Positions 18,381 to 27,904 of a DNA stretch of 64,000 bases are shown here, one piece after another. The notes under the pieces were generated by a model that was given only the letters and a program-made list of their open reading frames with translations, ran no database searches and was not told where the DNA came from. The DNA is taken from assembly GCA_025358945.1 (NCBI GenBank), contig JANYHS010000147.1, positions 3,868 to 67,867 on the forward strand, in the 5' to 3' direction. Within the stretch, counting starts at the first letter, position 1. Each line of letters starts with the position of its first letter. A program made the translations under genes and the position numbers. Source of the DNA: Acidobacteriota bacterium. Lineage in GTDB: Bacteria; Acidobacteriota; Vicinamibacteria; Vicinamibacterales; CAVVIG01.

Positions 18381-20881
18381 TGCGGCGCGGCTCCATTGCC
18401 GGCGCTCGCGCTCTGAATGCGGCCTTCTTTCTCGCCGTGTCCGCGTACGGCTTCCTGTCGTACAGTCCGTTCGCCTACCAACAGTTCATCAAACCCAACG
18501 TCGTGCCGGCGCTGACCGCGTTCGTGACGATGTCGCCGTGGCTCTTCTGGATCGCACTGCTGATCAGCGTGTTGACGCTGATGCCGCAGCTGCGCGGCGC
18601 GCGCGGATGCGGACTGGCGCGCGCGTACGTGGCCGTCAGCGCGGTGGTGGGTATCGCCGTCGTGTTGCGCCCACCGCTCGAGACCCTCGGGAGCAGCGGC
18701 CAATCGTTTGCCGTGGGCCTGCTCGCTCTGGCCGCGCCGGTGTGGCTCGCCGTTCTGGATCAGCGGGTGTGGAGCGGCGCTGACATCCGGCGCCTCGATC
18801 GGCTCCGCGCGTCGATCGTCTCCGGCGTGTCGGCGGTCGCTGTCTGGGCGATCTACGCCGGCGCTGTGCCCTTGCGGATGCGTGAGGTCGCCGGACTCGA
18901 CCTGACGCCTCGGGCGCTGCTGCTCGGGTCCACCATCTCACTCGCTGCAGACCTCCTGGTGTTCGCGACGCTCTGGCTGGCGCTGCTGTCGATCACCTGG
19001 CTGGCGGCCGCGCGCCGTGGCGCGAGGGCTTCAGTCGAGCGCATGTCACTTCGCGGCGGCGCGGCAGAGTACTGGTGGCTCGTGTTACTGCTCGCGGCGG
19101 GCGGAACCAGCGTGATCTACACGATGGTCTGCGCGTCGATCGCCTTCACCGGCGGGTACGCCGCGATCGCGTCCGCCTCGATCGGGATCACGTTCGCGCT
19201 CGTCTGGGCGGGTCTGGCGCGGCTACGCGGAGGGGCATCGGCGGATCCTGTCGATCCGCTGACGCTGTTTGCCGCGCCGATCGCGGGCACGTCCTCGCCA
19301 ATTGTGGCGGTCGTCTGGCTCGTCGCGTTGGCGTTCATCGCGTTTGCACTGAACGCCGGCGTCTCGCATTTCGACTGGAACTTCCTGCTGCAGAAGCTGG
19401 GCGTCCTCGCCGTCTGGTTGGCCGTCTTTGCCGCAGTCAGCGCGGCGTTACCGTCATCGTCGCGCGCTACAGCATGGCGCACGACTGCAGTTCTGCGATC
19501 CGCCGCGATGTCAGCCATCCTGATGATCGCCTCAGTCGGCTTCGCGTTGCGGCAGCCGTCCGCGTCGTCGATCGTCGATCGGTACGCCGCCGTGGACCCG
19601 TCGTTCCGGTTGATCCGCGACGCCGGCACGACGCGATCCGCGGCGACGGTGGAGTACTACGCGCAGCTGCGCAGCCATACGCTCCTCGCCTCGGGCGCAA
19701 TCCCGCCGGTGGACATCGACTTGGTGCGCCCGCTGGCCGCGGTCGCCCGGGATCAGCGTCCCGACATTTTCCTGTTCATCATCGACAGCCTGCGGCGCGA
19801 CTACGTCTCGCCGTACAACCCGCGGGTGACGTTCACGCCGGAAATCGGGAAGCTGGCGAACGACAGCATCGTGTTTCAGCGCGCCTTCACGCGCTACTCG
19901 GGCACCGCGCTGGCCGTGCCGTCGATCTGGGCCGGCGGCCTCGTCGTCCATGCGCTCGATCAACCGGCGTTCGCGCGCCGGAACACGCTGCTGAAACTGC
20001 TGAACGCCAACGGCTACGTGCGCATGATGAGCCTCGACCACATCACGCGTGAGCTGGTGCCGCCCGATGCGCTGCTGGACGAACTGGATCGCGGCGCCGG
20101 CACGATGGACGTCGATCTCTGTGGAACGCTGGACGAACTAGACGGCAAACTTGGACCGCGAAGCACCGCGCCGGTGTTCTTTTCGTCGCTGCCGCAGAAC
20201 GTCCACATCGCCGTCGCGACACGCCGGGCGGTGCCAGACGAGGAGTCGTATCCGGGGTTCTTTGCGCCGGTGGCGTCGAGTCTCCGGCGCGTGGATCGCT
20301 GCATTGGCCGGTTTGTCGATCGGCTGAAGGCCAGCGGCCGTTACGACAACAGCGTGATCATCATCACTGCCGATCACGGGGACGCGCTGGGAGAGGAAGG
20401 GCGGTGGGGCCACGCGTACTTCGTTTCCCCGGAAGTGATGCGGGTGCCGCTGATCGTTCACCTGCCCCCGCGGATGAAGGCGAGCCTGACCGCCGACGCG
20501 GGCGCGGTGACCTTCACGACCGACATCGCGCCGTCGCTGTACGCGCTGCTGGGATACGAACCCGCCGACCTTGGCGCGCTGTTCGGACGGCCGTTATTCG
20601 TGCGTCCTGATGCTGCGGCATCGGCATCTGAGTGGCGACGGCAGCAGCCGTTTTTGCTCGCGTCGAGCTATGGCGCGGTGTACGCGCTGCTGCGGGACAA
20701 CGGCGGGCGCATGTACGGCGTGGACGCGGTCGATGGACGGGACTATGCGTTCGACTCGAGTACCGACCTGCTGAACCGTCACGTTGGCGTGACGCAGTCG
20801 ATGACGGACGACAACCGCCGCGAGATCCTCGCGCAGCTGTCAACGCTCGCTGCGACGTATCGCTACGAGCCGCGACGATAG
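18380..20881 (+). CDS. polytopic membrane protein with C-terminal sulfatase/alkaline-phosphatase-superfamily domain (LtaS/EptA/PptA-like)
   Basis: ATG at 18380 overlaps the pilD TGA by 1 nt (TGATG). About 470 aa of TM helices, then DIFLFIIDSLRRDYVSPYNP and IIITADHGDALGEEGRWGHAY, typical of the sulfatase fold. The upstream extension of the 1054-aa ORF was rejected. Confidence 0.75.
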   Translation: MRRGSIAGARALNAAFFLAVSAYGFLSYSPFAYQQFIKPNVVPALTAFVTMSPWLFWIALLISVLTLMPQLRGARGCGLARAYVAVSAVVGIAVVLRPPLETLGSSGQSFAVGLLALAAPVWLAVLDQRVWSGADIRRLDRLRASIVSGVSAVAVWAIYAGAVPLRMREVAGLDLTPRALLLGSTISLAADLLVFATLWLALLSITWLAAARRGARASVERMSLRGGAAEYWWLVLLLAAGGTSVIYTMVCASIAFTGGYAAIASASIGITFALVWAGLARLRGGASADPVDPLTLFAAPIAGTSSPIVAVVWLVALAFIAFALNAGVSHFDWNFLLQKLGVLAVWLAVFAAVSAALPSSSRATAWRTTAVLRSAAMSAILMIASVGFALRQPSASSIVDRYAAVDPSFRLIRDAGTTRSAATVEYYAQLRSHTLLASGAIPPVDIDLVRPLAAVARDQRPDIFLFIIDSLRRDYVSPYNPRVTFTPEIGKLANDSIVFQRAFTRYSGTALAVPSIWAGGLVVHALDQPAFARRNTLLKLLNANGYVRMMSLDHITRELVPPDALLDELDRGAGTMDVDLCGTLDELDGKLGPRSTAPVFFSSLPQNVHIAVATRRAVPDEESYPGFFAPVASSLRRVDRCIGRFVDRLKASGRYDNSVIIITADHGDALGEEGRWGHAYFVSPEVMRVPLIVHLPPRMKASLTADAGAVTFTTDIAPSLYALLGYEPADLGALFGRPLFVRPDAAASASEWRRQQPFLLASSYGAVYALLRDNGGRMYGVDAVDGRDYAFDSSTDLLNRHVGVTQSMTDDNRREILAQLSTLAATYRYEPRR

Positions 20882-20919
20882 CGCGGACGTTCGCTTATCA
20901 TGGCGCTGCGGTTGTCTCG

Positions 20920-22188
20920 ATGCACCTGACGCCAAACGCGTACACCTTTCTGGGTCTGACCGCGCTCGTCGCCGCGCTGGTTGCGGTGCTGGCATTTGCG
21001 CTGCTGCGATTCTCCGCGGCCGCCGCCGATACGCGCCGCAACCGGCGCGGCGGCGGCGCCGAGACCGCACTGCTGTCGGCGGCATTGCAGGAGGCGGTCA
21101 CCAAGCTGAAGGCGCAGGAACGGGCGACGGCGGCGCGGGCCGATGCGTCCGAGCGCCTCAGCGGCGAAATCATCACCAGCCTCACCGCGGGGCTCCTCGT
21201 TGTCGGGCTGCGCGGCGAAATTCGGATCATCAACCCCTCTGGACTGCGCATGCTCGATCGGCCGGACACGCTCCGGCCCGACGAATTTCAGCAGTCGCCG
21301 CGCGAGCAGCCGCTGCTCGATGTGATCGACGAATGCCTGACGCAGGGCGTCGCCATCGTCCGGCGCGCGGTGGTGCTGCCGGAAGCTGGCGGCCAGGGCA
21401 TCACGCACCTGGGCGTCAGTGTGTCGCCGCTGTCCGATCCGCACGGCACGCTGCAGGGCGCGATCTGCCTGTTCACCGACCTGACGGCAGTCAAAGATCT
21501 CGAGGAACAGTTGCGGCTGAAAGAGAGCCTGGCGACCGTCGGCGAACTGACGGCGGGCATCGCGCACGAGTTCAGGAACGGGCTGGCGACGATTCAGGGC
21601 TACAGCAAGCTGATCGATCTGACTGCGCTGCCCGAGTCGTATGGCGCGTATGTCGCGGGCATCCGATCGGAGACCGAGTCGCTCAGTCAGGTGGTCACCA
21701 ACTTCCTGAATTTCGCGCGGCCGGCGCAGCTGACATTGACCGATGTGGACTTGCGCGCCATCTGCGAGCGGGCGGCAGAGGAGATTCGGCCGGATGCGCG
21801 CGCGCTCGGCGGCGATGTCGAGCTGCGCGGCGACTTCGGGGTGATCGAGGGTGACGAGGTCCTGCTGCGCCAGGCGTTCAGTAACCTGCTCCGCAACGCG
21901 CTCGAGGCGTGCGCCGGGGGCGCGCAGCCGCCACGCATCGTTATCCAGTCTGACGTGGACCCGGCCCTGAAGCTGTTGCGCATCGCCGTCAGCGATAACG
22001 GTGCCGGCATCGCGCCCGCGCTTCGCGAGCGCGTGTTCACGCCCTTCTTCACGTCGAAACGCAGCGGCACAGGGCTGGGCCTCGCGCTGGTGCAGAAGAT
22101 TATCGTTTTTCACAACGGCCGCATCGTCGCCGGCGCCTCGGCGTCGGGCGGCGCCAGCTTTCAGATCATCCTGCCGATCCGCGGGTAG
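20920..22188 (+). CDS. sensor histidine kinase (TM + PAS + HisKA + HATPase)
   Basis: One N-terminal TM, the H-box TAGIAHEFRNGLATIQGY, and the G-boxes DNGAGI and GTGLGLALV. Start trimmed to ATG 20920. Confidence 0.85.
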   Translation: MHLTPNAYTFLGLTALVAALVAVLAFALLRFSAAAADTRRNRRGGGAETALLSAALQEAVTKLKAQERATAARADASERLSGEIITSLTAGLLVVGLRGEIRIINPSGLRMLDRPDTLRPDEFQQSPREQPLLDVIDECLTQGVAIVRRAVVLPEAGGQGITHLGVSVSPLSDPHGTLQGAICLFTDLTAVKDLEEQLRLKESLATVGELTAGIAHEFRNGLATIQGYSKLIDLTALPESYGAYVAGIRSETESLSQVVTNFLNFARPAQLTLTDVDLRAICERAAEEIRPDARALGGDVELRGDFGVIEGDEVLLRQAFSNLLRNALEACAGGAQPPRIVIQSDVDPALKLLRIAVSDNGAGIAPALRERVFTPFFTSKRSGTGLGLALVQKIIVFHNGRIVAGASASGGASFQIILPIRG

Positions 22189-22306
22189 CGGATTTTTCCA
22201 GGAGACGGTCGCCGGTCATTGCGGTCCTTGCGATCGCTTGGCACACGACCGGATCGACATCGGCGGAATTCCTCGATAAATCGCGGTTGGGTTCGTGGTC
22301 GCGACG

Positions 22307-22322
22307 TGGAGCGCGAGTTGCA
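22307..22322 (+). promoter_or_regulatory. candidate sigma54 promoter of the minor-pilin operon
   Basis: TGGAGC-gcgag-TTGCA, with GG at 22308-09 and GC at 22320-21 in correct GG-N10-GC spacing. It lies only 14 nt before the ATG at 22336. Confidence 0.35.
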
Positions 22323-22335
22323 CCCTTACACGCGC

Positions 22336-22896
22336 ATGCGCAGCGACGAAGGGTTCTCAATCCTCGAAGTACTGGTGGCGATCGCGGTGTTGTCGGTCGC
22401 ACTGGTAGGACTTGCGCAGCTCTTTGCCCTGTCGAGGCGCGCCAACGCGAGCGCGAAGAACACGACGTTCGCCTCGTTACTGGCGCAGCAGAAAATGGAG
22501 CAGTTGCGCGGCCTCACGTGGGGCTTCGATACGCTCGGCCTGCCGCTCACCGATACCACGACCAATCTCGCGGTGGTCCCCGAGTCGGCCACGGGCGGCG
22601 TCGGGCTGACCCCGTCACCGGCGGGCTCGCTTGGCAGAAACGTCGATGGTTACTGCGATTACGTGGACAGGAACGGCAACGTGCTTGGCGGGTGTGCGAG
22701 CCCGAATGCGTCGGCGTCGTACATCCGGCGCTGGTCTATCGAGCCCCTGCCATCCAACCCGAACAACACCATCGCGCTGCAGGTGCTGGTCACCGCGAAT
22801 GTCTCACGCGCCGCCGCCAACCCGGACCTCAGTGCTGCGCCTCGTCTGCCCAACGATGCGTGGGTCGTGAGCGTGAAGACGAGGAAGGCGTCGTGA
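22336..22896 (+). CDS. type IV minor pilin, PilV-like (prepilin-type N-terminus)
   Basis: MRSDEG/FSILEVLVAIAVLSVALVGLAQLF: a short leader ending in Gly, then Phe+1 and Glu+5. An in-frame upstream GTG at 22306 is an alternative start. Confidence 0.75.
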   Translation: MRSDEGFSILEVLVAIAVLSVALVGLAQLFALSRRANASAKNTTFASLLAQQKMEQLRGLTWGFDTLGLPLTDTTTNLAVVPESATGGVGLTPSPAGSLGRNVDGYCDYVDRNGNVLGGCASPNASASYIRRWSIEPLPSNPNNTIALQVLVTANVSRAAANPDLSAAPRLPNDAWVVSVKTRKAS

Positions 22897-24101
22897 GGCG
22901 CCGTCAGGGCGGCTTCTCGCTGCTCGAACTGGTGATCGCGACCGGGCTGACGGTGCTCGTCACGGCGAGCGTGTTCGGCATGATGAATCCGGCGCACGAC
23001 ACCTACGCGGCCGAGCCGGACACTGCCGACATGCAGCAGCGCCTGCGCGTCGGCGCCGACACGCTGACTCGGGATCTGCTGATGGCAGGCGCGGGCGCGT
23101 ATCTGGGCACGCACGTCGGATCGCTTGGCTATTTCTTCGCGCCGATTCTGCCGTTCCGGCAGGGCGCGACCAACGACGATCCGGCGGGCACGTTCGCGAC
23201 CGATCGCATCACGCTGCTGTACGTGCCTTCGACGACCGCGCAGACCACGCTTGCCGCGCCGCTCACCGGGGGTTCACCGACGCCGACGCTGACGCTGGCC
23301 GCCGAAACGGACTGCCCGAAGAACCCCGGCACGGGGCTGCCGTATCTGGAGTGCGGGTTCGTGAAGGACATGTCCGTGCTGGTGTTCGACGACAGCGGCA
23401 ACTACGACCTGTTCAGCGTGACCAGCGTTGCCGACGCCGTCGCCCAGGTGGTGGTGAAGCGTCCCGCGGATTCGATGAACACGAACTACCCGATCGGCTC
23501 CAAGGTGATTGAGGCCGTCAGCCACACGTACTACCTGAAGACCGACAACGCCAACCAGCTGTATCAGCTGATGCACTACGACGGCGCCTCGAATGCCGAC
23601 GTGCCGGTGGTCGATCACGTGGTGGGTCTCACGTTCGAATACTTCGGCGAGCAGCGGCCGCCGGTGTTGAAGAAACCGGTGAGCGATCCGATCGGGCCGT
23701 GGACGTCGTACGGTCCGAAGCCTCCCGCGCTCGGCGTGAAAGCGACGGCCTGGCCGGCGGGCGAGAACTGCACGTTCATGCTCGACGCCAACGGCGCGCA
23801 GGCGCCGCGGCTCGTCACACTGGGGAATGGTAGCTCTGCTCTGGCGCCTGTGACCTCGGCCCAGCTGACCGACGGTCCGTGGTGTCCCGATGCGTCGAAT
23901 CTGAATCGCTGGGACGCGGACCTCCTGCGCATCAGAAAAGTCGGCGTCACGCTGCGTGTGGAAGCCGCGGCCAACGCGCTACGCGGGCCGGCCGGCGTGT
24001 TGTTCACGCGCGGCGGCACGTCGAGAACAGGGAACACCTGGGTGCCCGATCAGGAAATTCGCTTTCAGGTCTCCCCGCGCAACTTGAATCTTGGGAGGTG
24101 A
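22893..24101 (+). CDS. type IV minor pilin, PilW-like
   Basis: VRRRQGG/FSLLELVIATGLTVLVTASVF prepilin N-terminus. 402 aa. GTGA overlap with the preceding gene. The long upstream ORF extension was rejected. Confidence 0.7.
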   Translation: MRRRQGGFSLLELVIATGLTVLVTASVFGMMNPAHDTYAAEPDTADMQQRLRVGADTLTRDLLMAGAGAYLGTHVGSLGYFFAPILPFRQGATNDDPAGTFATDRITLLYVPSTTAQTTLAAPLTGGSPTPTLTLAAETDCPKNPGTGLPYLECGFVKDMSVLVFDDSGNYDLFSVTSVADAVAQVVVKRPADSMNTNYPIGSKVIEAVSHTYYLKTDNANQLYQLMHYDGASNADVPVVDHVVGLTFEYFGEQRPPVLKKPVSDPIGPWTSYGPKPPALGVKATAWPAGENCTFMLDANGAQAPRLVTLGNGSSALAPVTSAQLTDGPWCPDASNLNRWDADLLRIRKVGVTLRVEAAANALRGPAGVLFTRGGTSRTGNTWVPDQEIRFQVSPRNLNLGR

Positions 24102-24104
24102 TCC

Positions 24105-24884
24105 GTGGATATCCGGCGTGACGACGGCGTCGCTCTCGTCATGGCGATGATGGCGATGCTGCTGATGACGGCACTCGGAGCGGCGCTCGTGCTGACCACT
24201 TCGTCGGAGACGATCATCGCTGGCCACTACCGCGACAGCGGCGAGGTGATGTACGCGGCCGACGCCGCGCTGGAACTCGCGCTCGACGATCTCCTCACCG
24301 TGTCCGACTGGAATGCGTTGCTCAACGGGTCGGCACAGTCGGCGTTCGTCGACGGTCCGCCGGGCGGCAGCCGGACGCTGGCGGACGGTTCGTCGCTCGA
24401 TCTCACGCAGGTGCTCAACCTGGCAAACTGTCAGAAGGTCACTGCGTGCAGTGGGTCCGAGATGGATGCGATCACGGCAGATCGTCCGTGGGGCCCGGAC
24501 AATCCGCGCTGGCAGCTGTATGCCTACGGCCGCGTAAGCGATGTCATCCCCGCCCCCGCGATCGACTCGTCCTCGTACGTCATCGTCCTGGTCGGAGACG
24601 ACCCGTCAGAAAACGACGGCAACCCGTTGCAGGACGGCGCGAGTCAGACAAATCCCGGGAGCGGCGTGCTCGCGATGCGCGCCGAAGCGTTCGGGCCGCG
24701 CGGCGCTCACAAGGTGATCGAGTTGACCGTGGCCCGCACCGATACGACCGAACTCGAACGCGGTTACGTGGGTCAGCGAGGGCAGAACGAACAGAACCAG
24801 GGCGCGCGCAAGACCTCGGTGCAGACGCCTGGCGATGCGCTCACGCTGCAGACGCTCGATCTCAACAGGGGTGGCATCCGGTAG
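24105..24884 (+). CDS. PilX-like pilus assembly protein (PilX N-terminal domain)
   Basis: GVALVMAMMAMLLMTALGAALVLTTSSETIIAGHYRD...AADAALELAL resembles the PilX_N hydrophobic helix. GGGAGG Shine-Dalgarno upstream of the GTG at 24105. Confidence 0.65.
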   Translation: MDIRRDDGVALVMAMMAMLLMTALGAALVLTTSSETIIAGHYRDSGEVMYAADAALELALDDLLTVSDWNALLNGSAQSAFVDGPPGGSRTLADGSSLDLTQVLNLANCQKVTACSGSEMDAITADRPWGPDNPRWQLYAYGRVSDVIPAPAIDSSSYVIVLVGDDPSENDGNPLQDGASQTNPGSGVLAMRAEAFGPRGAHKVIELTVARTDTTELERGYVGQRGQNEQNQGARKTSVQTPGDALTLQTLDLNRGGIR

Positions 24885-24891
24885 GGTCATC

Positions 24892-27621
24892 ATGCTCAAG
24901 AAAGCCTTCGTTGCGCTTGTCGCGATCGCGGTGTCGGCAGCGCCGGCCTTCGCGCAACTCGACCCGCTGCTGATTCTGAAAGACTCGGCGCCGTTCGTGC
25001 TGTTGGCAATCGACACGCCCGATCTCCAGGTCCGCGCCTCGATCGCTCAGGCCATTCGCATGAATCAGGACGATGTGCAGTTTGGTCTCGTGACGATGCG
25101 CAGCTCCGGGCCGGCTGTTCTTGTCCACGCGGACGAAGAGGACTCCAATGAACAGATTCAGCAGCTGATCGGTGGCGCCGAGGTGGCGGATGCGCCGGAC
25201 GCGCGAATTGCGGATCTGCTGGTCCTGGTGCAGGGAGAAGCGATCCGCTTGCTCGGTCACGACGCCAACTGCACACGCGTCATCGTGATCCTGATCACCG
25301 GTGGAGTGGATCCGAGGGCTGTATCAGGTGTGACTCTGACGTTGCCGACCCATGTGGTGGCGATTGCGCCAGACACGAATGCGCTGGACATGATCGGCCT
25401 CAAGGCATTGGCCGTCAGCAGCGGAGGGCAGTTTGTCGCCATCACACAGTCGCAGATTGATGCGGCGCTGGCATCGCCCGACTTGTTCCCGTCACCGCTG
25501 GCCGGCGCCAGCGTGGTGCCGGAGCTGGTCGCTGCGGTCAACTTTGCGGTCCAGCAGGGCCTGGCCGGAGAGGTGCAAATCGGCAGCCCTGTGATTGGGA
25601 CTGTGGACCTCTCCTACGCGACGGACATCAACGGCGCGAGCGTGTCGAATAGTGTCGTCACCGACGCGGCGGGCGCCGTGATCCCGCAGCGCTCGAACGT
25701 GATGCTGACGACGGCATTGATCCTGCCTGGGGCGCGTGCGTCGCTGAAGGCCTTCAGGCACTACGCGCCTGCCGCCGACGCGGCGCAGAAGTCAGGCTAC
25801 GCCTTCGTCGCCGACGGAACGCCGCTGTGGCTGGCGAGAACACCGATCGATGCATCGAAGCGAAACCTCTACACCGTCAGGGCCGACGGCACGATGATCC
25901 CGTTCAACGCGCTCGACGCGCCCGCCGGTAACCTCGCGGTGCTCGCGCGTCTGATGAACCTCAGCGTGCCGGATGCCACGCGCGTGATCAACGCTGTCCG
26001 TGCCGCGCCGCTCGGGGCGATCATCGATTCGACGCCGGCGATGATGAACCCGCCGTCACTCGATCCGCCGCCGGACGAGGGCTACCCGGCGTTTGCCGCC
26101 GCCAACGCCAATCGTCGCGGCATCATCTGGGTCGGCACCAACGCTGGCATCCTCGAGGGCATCGACGCGCGTCTCGGTGTCGAGGTGTGGGGGTTCATCC
26201 CGATGAACCTGCTGCCAAAACTAAAGCGGCTGCTCCTTGGACAAGGGCTGACGCAGTTCCAGTATTTCGTCGACGGCTCGCCGAAAATCGCCGACGTCAA
26301 GATCGACGGGACGTGGCGGACGCACCTGGTGATCGGCGAGGGCGCCGGCGGCGTGTTCTACCAGTCGTTCGACGTCACGATGGCGGGCGTGTTCGAGACC
26401 GCTCACGTGGCGCCGGACACTGACGACATCGATCGTGTGCTCGCGTATTTCGCTGCCCCCGAGCGGGTCAGGTTCAACTGGGCCTTCCCTCGCTACGCCA
26501 GCTTCGATGCGACGGCGACCGTCTGGGATGGCAACCTCGACGCGAACGTGCAGACAGGAGATCTCACGTCGGCCGCTACCACCACCGAGAAATCCGTCGG
26601 CCAGACATGGTCGGACCCAGCCGTCGGTCAGGTGGGAAACGCGTCCGGGCCCTTCGCCGTGCTGATCGGATCCGGCTTCCTGCCCTACACCACGCAGCAG
26701 CAACCCAATCGCGGCGGCAGGATCGCCGGAACGACGTTTTACGTGCTCAGTGCGAAGGATGGAACGGTGTACGACAGCAAGGACGTCGGAGACGACGGCC
26801 GTAGTGAAACCACTGACGACTGCGGCGACCGCGCGCACCTCAACGCGGGCGAGAAGGTGCACCAAGCGAAGAAGAAGAGGCTGTTCGCATGCCACACCCT
26901 CAAGAACGCGCTGCAGGGCGGTCCCGTCGCCGTCGGGGCCGTTGCCGCGCGAATCATCACGAAGGCCTACATCGGCGATCTCGACGGACACGTGTGGCGC
27001 TTCGACATGGATATCGACGCGGCCACGCGAGTGCCGAGAATCAGCACGACAACAAAGGTCTACGAGGCGGGGCCGGATCAGCCGATCGTCGGCTCGCTGT
27101 CGACCGTCAACGCCGGCGGGACCGCGCATTACATCTTCGTCGGCACCGGCAGCGATCGATTGCCGCCGGTCGACGCGACCACGACCTACCACCTGATCGG
27201 CATGCTCGACAGCGGCGCTGGCGCTGGGGTGCGGACGTTCAGTCGAACCCTCGACAAGACGAGCCGGACCACCGACGAGCGGGTGAGCGGGGCTCCGGCG
27301 GTCGCTGGCGACACGGTGTTTTTCACGACGACGATGTTCAAGCCGGCGGCGATGTGCAAGGCAGACGATGCCACACTGTATGCGCTGACGTTTACTGGCG
27401 GTGCGGCGTACGACACCACGGGCGATCACAAGGTCGACGCGAAGGACTCTGTCGCGGTGAAGACCATCACTGGAGAGCGGGCGACCGCGCCGGTGATTGC
27501 CGACCAGCACCTGGTGTTTGGCACGAAGTCGACGGTCGCGGTGTTCGGCGATCCGGCCCGCTTCAACAACGGCGTCGGGCAGGCGGGAGTGCGGGTATTA
27601 TCGTGGCGTGAGGTGAGGTAA
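24892..27621 (+). CDS. pilY1: PilY1-like pilus tip adhesin (vWA-like N-region plus PilC/PilY1 beta-propeller)
   Basis: Signal peptide MLKKAFVALVAIAVSAAPAFA. vWA-like RVIVILITGG. Propeller region GIIWVGTNAGILEGIDARLGVEVWGFIP...YFVDGSPKIADVKIDGTWRTHLVIGEGAGG. Follows the pilVWX-like genes. Confidence 0.8.
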   Translation: MLKKAFVALVAIAVSAAPAFAQLDPLLILKDSAPFVLLAIDTPDLQVRASIAQAIRMNQDDVQFGLVTMRSSGPAVLVHADEEDSNEQIQQLIGGAEVADAPDARIADLLVLVQGEAIRLLGHDANCTRVIVILITGGVDPRAVSGVTLTLPTHVVAIAPDTNALDMIGLKALAVSSGGQFVAITQSQIDAALASPDLFPSPLAGASVVPELVAAVNFAVQQGLAGEVQIGSPVIGTVDLSYATDINGASVSNSVVTDAAGAVIPQRSNVMLTTALILPGARASLKAFRHYAPAADAAQKSGYAFVADGTPLWLARTPIDASKRNLYTVRADGTMIPFNALDAPAGNLAVLARLMNLSVPDATRVINAVRAAPLGAIIDSTPAMMNPPSLDPPPDEGYPAFAAANANRRGIIWVGTNAGILEGIDARLGVEVWGFIPMNLLPKLKRLLLGQGLTQFQYFVDGSPKIADVKIDGTWRTHLVIGEGAGGVFYQSFDVTMAGVFETAHVAPDTDDIDRVLAYFAAPERVRFNWAFPRYASFDATATVWDGNLDANVQTGDLTSAATTTEKSVGQTWSDPAVGQVGNASGPFAVLIGSGFLPYTTQQQPNRGGRIAGTTFYVLSAKDGTVYDSKDVGDDGRSETTDDCGDRAHLNAGEKVHQAKKKRLFACHTLKNALQGGPVAVGAVAARIITKAYIGDLDGHVWRFDMDIDAATRVPRISTTTKVYEAGPDQPIVGSLSTVNAGGTAHYIFVGTGSDRLPPVDATTTYHLIGMLDSGAGAGVRTFSRTLDKTSRTTDERVSGAPAVAGDTVFFTTTMFKPAAMCKADDATLYALTFTGGAAYDTTGDHKVDAKDSVAVKTITGERATAPVIADQHLVFGTKSTVAVFGDPARFNNGVGQAGVRVLSWREVR

Positions 27622-27904
27622 GTGTCGGGATACGTCGTCTGTGGCTCGCGCCGCAGCTGGCGCCTGGCGAAGCCGCGTTCCAGGTCGCTCTCGGCCTGAG
27701 TCTGGAGAGGGCGGGACGTGCCGAGGACGCCGCTCGTGAATATCAGCAATTCCTGAAGATGGAGCCGGCGTCGCCGGATGGCCCGAAGCTGAAGGCCCAC
27801 ATCGGGGAGCTGTCTCCTGAGGTGTCCGGCAAGCCCTCGAGTTCTTGACCGGCCGCGGGGGCCTTACGTACGATCGCACTCGAGCCGATAACCCGGGGTG
27901 GCAC

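Noticed and set aside
22239-22253. TGGCAC word upstream of the minor-pilin operon as a sigma54 -24 element. A second TGGCAC lies at 27899-27904.
   Set aside because: No GC dinucleotide at the required -12 spacing: CGGA follows at 22250-22253. The 27899 copy overlaps the ATG of the downstream gene.
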